A DNA stretch of 64,000 nucleotides. Source: Candidatus Eiseniibacteriota bacterium (GTDB taxonomy: Bacteria; Eisenbacteria; RBG-16-71-46; CAIMUX01; VGJL01). Under the pieces are notes generated by a model that saw only the letters and a list, made by a program, of their open reading frames with translations, made no database searches and was not told the DNA's origin. Positions within the stretch are counted from its first letter, which is position 1. Each line of letters opens with the position of its first letter. Shown here in pieces: positions 61,801 to 64,000 of the stretch. The DNA lies in contig CAWBWI010000006.1 of NCBI GenBank assembly GCA_963792585.1, forward strand, positions 640,001 through 704,000. Direction: 5' to 3'. A program made the translations under genes and the position numbers.

Positions 61801-62511
61801 CTGCGCAAGCCCGAAGTCGGTCAGGACCACCCGCTCGCCTCCCTCCGATCCTCCCGAGGAGAGGAGCATGACGTTTCCGCTCTTGAGATCGCGGTGGACG
61901 ATCCCAATCTCGTGGGCTGCGGTGAGCCCTTCGGCCATCTGGCGGGCGATCCGCAGAGCTTCATCCGGGCGGAGCCGCCCCTCGCGGTCGAGCCGCCGCT
62001 CCAAGGTCTCCCCTTCCAGAAACTCCATGGTGATGAAGATGATTCGCCCCTGAGGTCCGCCCGACCGCCGGGGAGGGTCATGAAACCAGAGATCGAAGAG
62101 GCGGCACACATTGGCATGGGTGACGCGACGGGCGAGCTGGATTTCTCGCTTGAAACGGGCCACCGCGTGCGCGTCCTCGGCAATCTCCGGACGGATGGTC
62201 TTAAGGGCGACGCGCCCGCCCAGTTCGAGGTCGCTCGCCTCCCAGATCTCCCCCATTGCCCCACGGGCGACAAAACGCTCGATGCGAAACCGACCCGCGG
62301 CCAGCTCGCCGGGCTCGAAAACCATTCGAATATCGGAGGCGGCCTTCGATCGGGCCCCGTGCTCCTGTCGCGCGGGTTCCAGCGAGGTCTCTCGGGCGCG
62401 GTTGTGGGCGTTCGCCGTCGATGGCGACGACTCATTTCTTCGATGACGAATCAGTATGGGGTTCCTCATCTCTTCGGAGATCTCTGGGGGCGTCCCCGAA
62501 GACCCGCGCAA
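58891..62511 (-). CDS. Ser/Thr protein kinase with TolB-N-like domain and TPR array (start possibly 62325)
   Basis: VALK, HRDLKSGN, DFG, GTPAYMAPE; AVLPFAD; long TPR region. Confidence 0.92.
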   Translation of the reverse strand: MRGSSGTPPEISEEMRNPILIRHRRNESSPSTANAHNRARETSLEPARQEHGARSKAASDIRMVFEPGELAAGRFRIERFVARGAMGEIWEASDLELGGRVALKTIRPEIAEDAHAVARFKREIQLARRVTHANVCRLFDLWFHDPPRRSGGPQGRIIFITMEFLEGETLERRLDREGRLRPDEALRIARQMAEGLTAAHEIGIVHRDLKSGNVMLLSSGGSEGGERVVLTDFGLAQDKGLPTQETDLEAESSEDNADPSTRHAAHARYQGTPAYMAPEQVRGGPITPETDLYSFGLVLFEMVTGRLPWIDGPPLEIAQRRLVEPAPSPRTIVPELNPRWEAAILRCLEKEPGLRFSSSREVIEAITGTESIARTRTAAVLPFADQTGVPRHAWLSTALGDLLARRLAVGDELSIVGPEIVAEIARDLGHLPAGSVPEKLRQRLGEQFGVGLFLAGEVRNAPAGDPDEFLWQLRVEAAATGRTTAGVAEVGNSKSLVDLVERASLGLRGALGLDPESPGALGHMRAAYPIIPEAALNFAHATAHLRFGNAGEAREAFEQVIEQDPGFPLAYLGWAEAAQELGYEQEAVRTAQRAFQLSGRLEREERLLVEARFRQLAHDSPRAIDIYRSLWVFHPEDLEHGLRLLRAQIEAGLAVQARVTAAALRALPVPRGDDPRIDAWEAEACSLLGDHSGAMEIAARAAKTASHLGSPSLLARAAEIEGSALHRLGRPNDAVNKFGEALTSFRTLKNAGGEARCLQRLGVVLREQGEIEQAQNLFEAGLEIARQIGCRRTEAGLLANLSVLALGRRDFETAVSLVQEALGIQRTVGDRRGQAHSLNTLMAAYRGSGDSARLHRALDEGIALARSVDNFEMLARLLSNRVIVLSKAGDLSQARGSMEEAQSLLPRIENQNVASVVHSSIAQFEVLQGNLAAAVHGYAEAVRLSRAGGNLQHLAVHLTSLAWAQLMVGGLVPARDALTEGLTLAGKMDATRTRALLLQVFADLSVTEGALDEARQQIEESISLFEANNETWNLGESYLAAAHIAFERGELSRSEDLIATAIRWNLDLGETEPEALSRAFRSRILLALDRAGEAESEIARAREILARQANRQRLSDIQVGLNATRVQLALGRKAEARRTVESVLSKATETGFVVLEFEARLLLGEVILAEGGRESGRAIIESLAEEASLRGHRRVSDAARRLLENQ

Positions 62512-62745
62512 TAGGGGACCGATTAGAGTACACGATCCCGGGTGAACGAGGGGGAGAGAAATGGCTTCGGAACGTCGCGTCCATGAATCCCGCGGGCGCG
62601 GGAGTCCCAGGGGTCGGCGCGGGAAAGAAGGGCGGGGGGAGCCACTTCCCGCGTCCCAAGAGCGCGGTCGGCCCCCCCCCCCGATCGATGCGTCAGGCTG
62701 CCATGCATCCGCATGCGCGTAGGCAGACAGCCCGCCGTTTCCGCA

Positions 62746-63999
62746 TCACCGCCGAATGACGATCCGGCGGGTCGCGCAGGCCGATCCGGTGACCAACCGC
62801 ACGAAGTAGACGCCGGAGGGTACGGGGCGGCCCATTTCGTCGCGCGTGTTCCAGGTGTATGCGTGAGTTGCGGCCCCGAGTTCGCCGTCGACCAATCTCG
62901 CAATGCGACGTCCTTGCACGTCCATGATGTCGAGCGCCGCGTGGCCTACGTCCGGAAGCGTGAACGCGATCCGCGCGGTCGAGGAAATGGGGTTCGGAGC
63001 GATGGTCGCGAAGGTCGCGCTGCTTTCGACTGCGGGATTCTCGTTGATCACTTCCGCCGTCAGCGGGAGTTGGCGCAGATCGGTCTCGGTTGGGGAGTTT
63101 CCCTGAAGCATCAACCAGGGACCGTAAGGAAAGTACGGGCTTGCGCTCCGAACATGGACGCGCCAGTGGACGATGTCCATTGACGGTGTCGTGAAGGTCG
63201 CGGTGAAACGGATCGCGCTTCCCTCGCCGAGCACAGGGGAGCCGGTATCCTCGAATGTGCCAACTGCCGTGTCCGCCCACCCCGACAGCCCCGCCTCTTG
63301 GAATGCGACCTCCGCCCGGGCTCGAGTGCGGCCCGCGGCGCTGCGATACATCATTGCGATGTGGAAAGTATCGGTCTGAAGCACGTTTCGGCCGCCCGTC
63401 GAGATGCGCGCCGCATTGTTGGCCAGAAGTTGCATCAGCGCGCGGTCCACGCCGCCCTCGTCGTTTCCGTGGAAGCACTGCGCCGAACCCAGTTTCTCTT
63501 GGTCGTACCATCCAAGCGGCGCGCCGATGAGAAGATCCGAGAAACCGTCGCCATTCACGTCACCCGCGCCGCTCACGGATGCGCCAATCTGGTCACCGAC
63601 CGTTCCAGGTGGGGTGCTCCAGGCGGGGGGCGACGTCAGGCCCGTCAGGCTGCCCAGGTAGAGATCGGCCGCACCAAGCCCGCTCAGCCCGAGAGAAGGT
63701 CGGCCGACGATCAGATCCGAGAAACCGTCATCGTTCACGTCCCCGGCGGTCGCGAGACCGGAACCGAGGGTCTCCCCGTCGGTCGTACCCTGGAGAAGGA
63801 AAGATGGGGTAGTCTCCAGTCCTGTCGCGTTCCCGCCGAAGACCTCGACCATCCCCGCCTGGTTCGGCCCGGACGGGTAGGCAGCCGACGTGATGGCGAC
63901 GTCGGCGAATCCGTCGCCGTTCGCGTCACCAACGGTCGCGAGCGCAAGGCCGAATGCCTGATTCGCCATCGTTCCCGCGCGCGTCCAGGCTGGGGTCGC
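62746..63999 (-). CDS. FG-GAP (integrin alpha-like) repeat protein with FlgD-Ig/T9SS-like CTD, 5' partial
   Basis: GDVNGDGFSDLLIGAP repeats; APNPISS...DVQGRRI...SGVYFVRL. Confidence 0.9.
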   Translation of the reverse strand, partial: ATPAWTRAGTMANQAFGLALATVGDANGDGFADVAITSAAYPSGPNQAGMVEVFGGNATGLETTPSFLLQGTTDGETLGSGLATAGDVNDDGFSDLIVGRPSLGLSGLGAADLYLGSLTGLTSPPAWSTPPGTVGDQIGASVSGAGDVNGDGFSDLLIGAPLGWYDQEKLGSAQCFHGNDEGGVDRALMQLLANNAARISTGGRNVLQTDTFHIAMMYRSAAGRTRARAEVAFQEAGLSGWADTAVGTFEDTGSPVLGEGSAIRFTATFTTPSMDIVHWRVHVRSASPYFPYGPWLMLQGNSPTETDLRQLPLTAEVINENPAVESSATFATIAPNPISSTARIAFTLPDVGHAALDIMDVQGRRIARLVDGELGAATHAYTWNTRDEMGRPVPSGVYFVRLVTGSACATRRIVIRR

Positions 64000-64000
64000 G

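Noticed and set aside
48378..62514. Long antisense or alternative-frame ORFs (48378..49712, 50276..51439, 53872..55854, 54687..56105, 59383..61035, 61222..62514)
   Set aside because: Shadow ORFs of well-supported genes in GC-rich DNA, with no recognisable motifs.

Overview
GC-rich bacterial DNA in three parts. (1) 1-~27.8 kb is a chromosomal integron-type cassette array with about 32 attC sites or remnants, almost all cassettes on the + strand. There is no integrase in the window; if one exists it should lie to the left. In most intact cassettes the R' heptamer opening the cassette is the reverse complement of the R'' heptamer closing it. The attC sites form two populations: a homogeneous ~131-bp family (subtypes A and B) and short heterogeneous 60-115 bp sites. 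(2) ~27.8-52.2 kb is a run of small, unrelated, mostly + strand genes of cassette-like families plus gene fragments, without intact attC sites; it may be an eroded older part of the array. (3) 52.4-64 kb holds large secreted beta-propeller proteins with FlgD-Ig/T9SS-like C-terminal domains, an AAA+ enhancer-binding-like regulator lacking GAFTGA, and a Ser/Thr kinase-TPR protein. Most notable: the 131-bp attC family is open in one fixed frame and usually has an in-frame ATG, giving bridge ORFs that overlap the neighbouring stop and/or start codons (ATGA). Also, a Cys-rich secreted paralog family ending in TTWGxL[KR]x[IL]FR is tied one-to-one to attC subtype B. The WG..[KR]..[FY]R tails and FlgD-type CTDs suggest an Eisenbacteria/Krumholzibacteria-like host (inference). 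Product calls come from motif recognition, not database searches.
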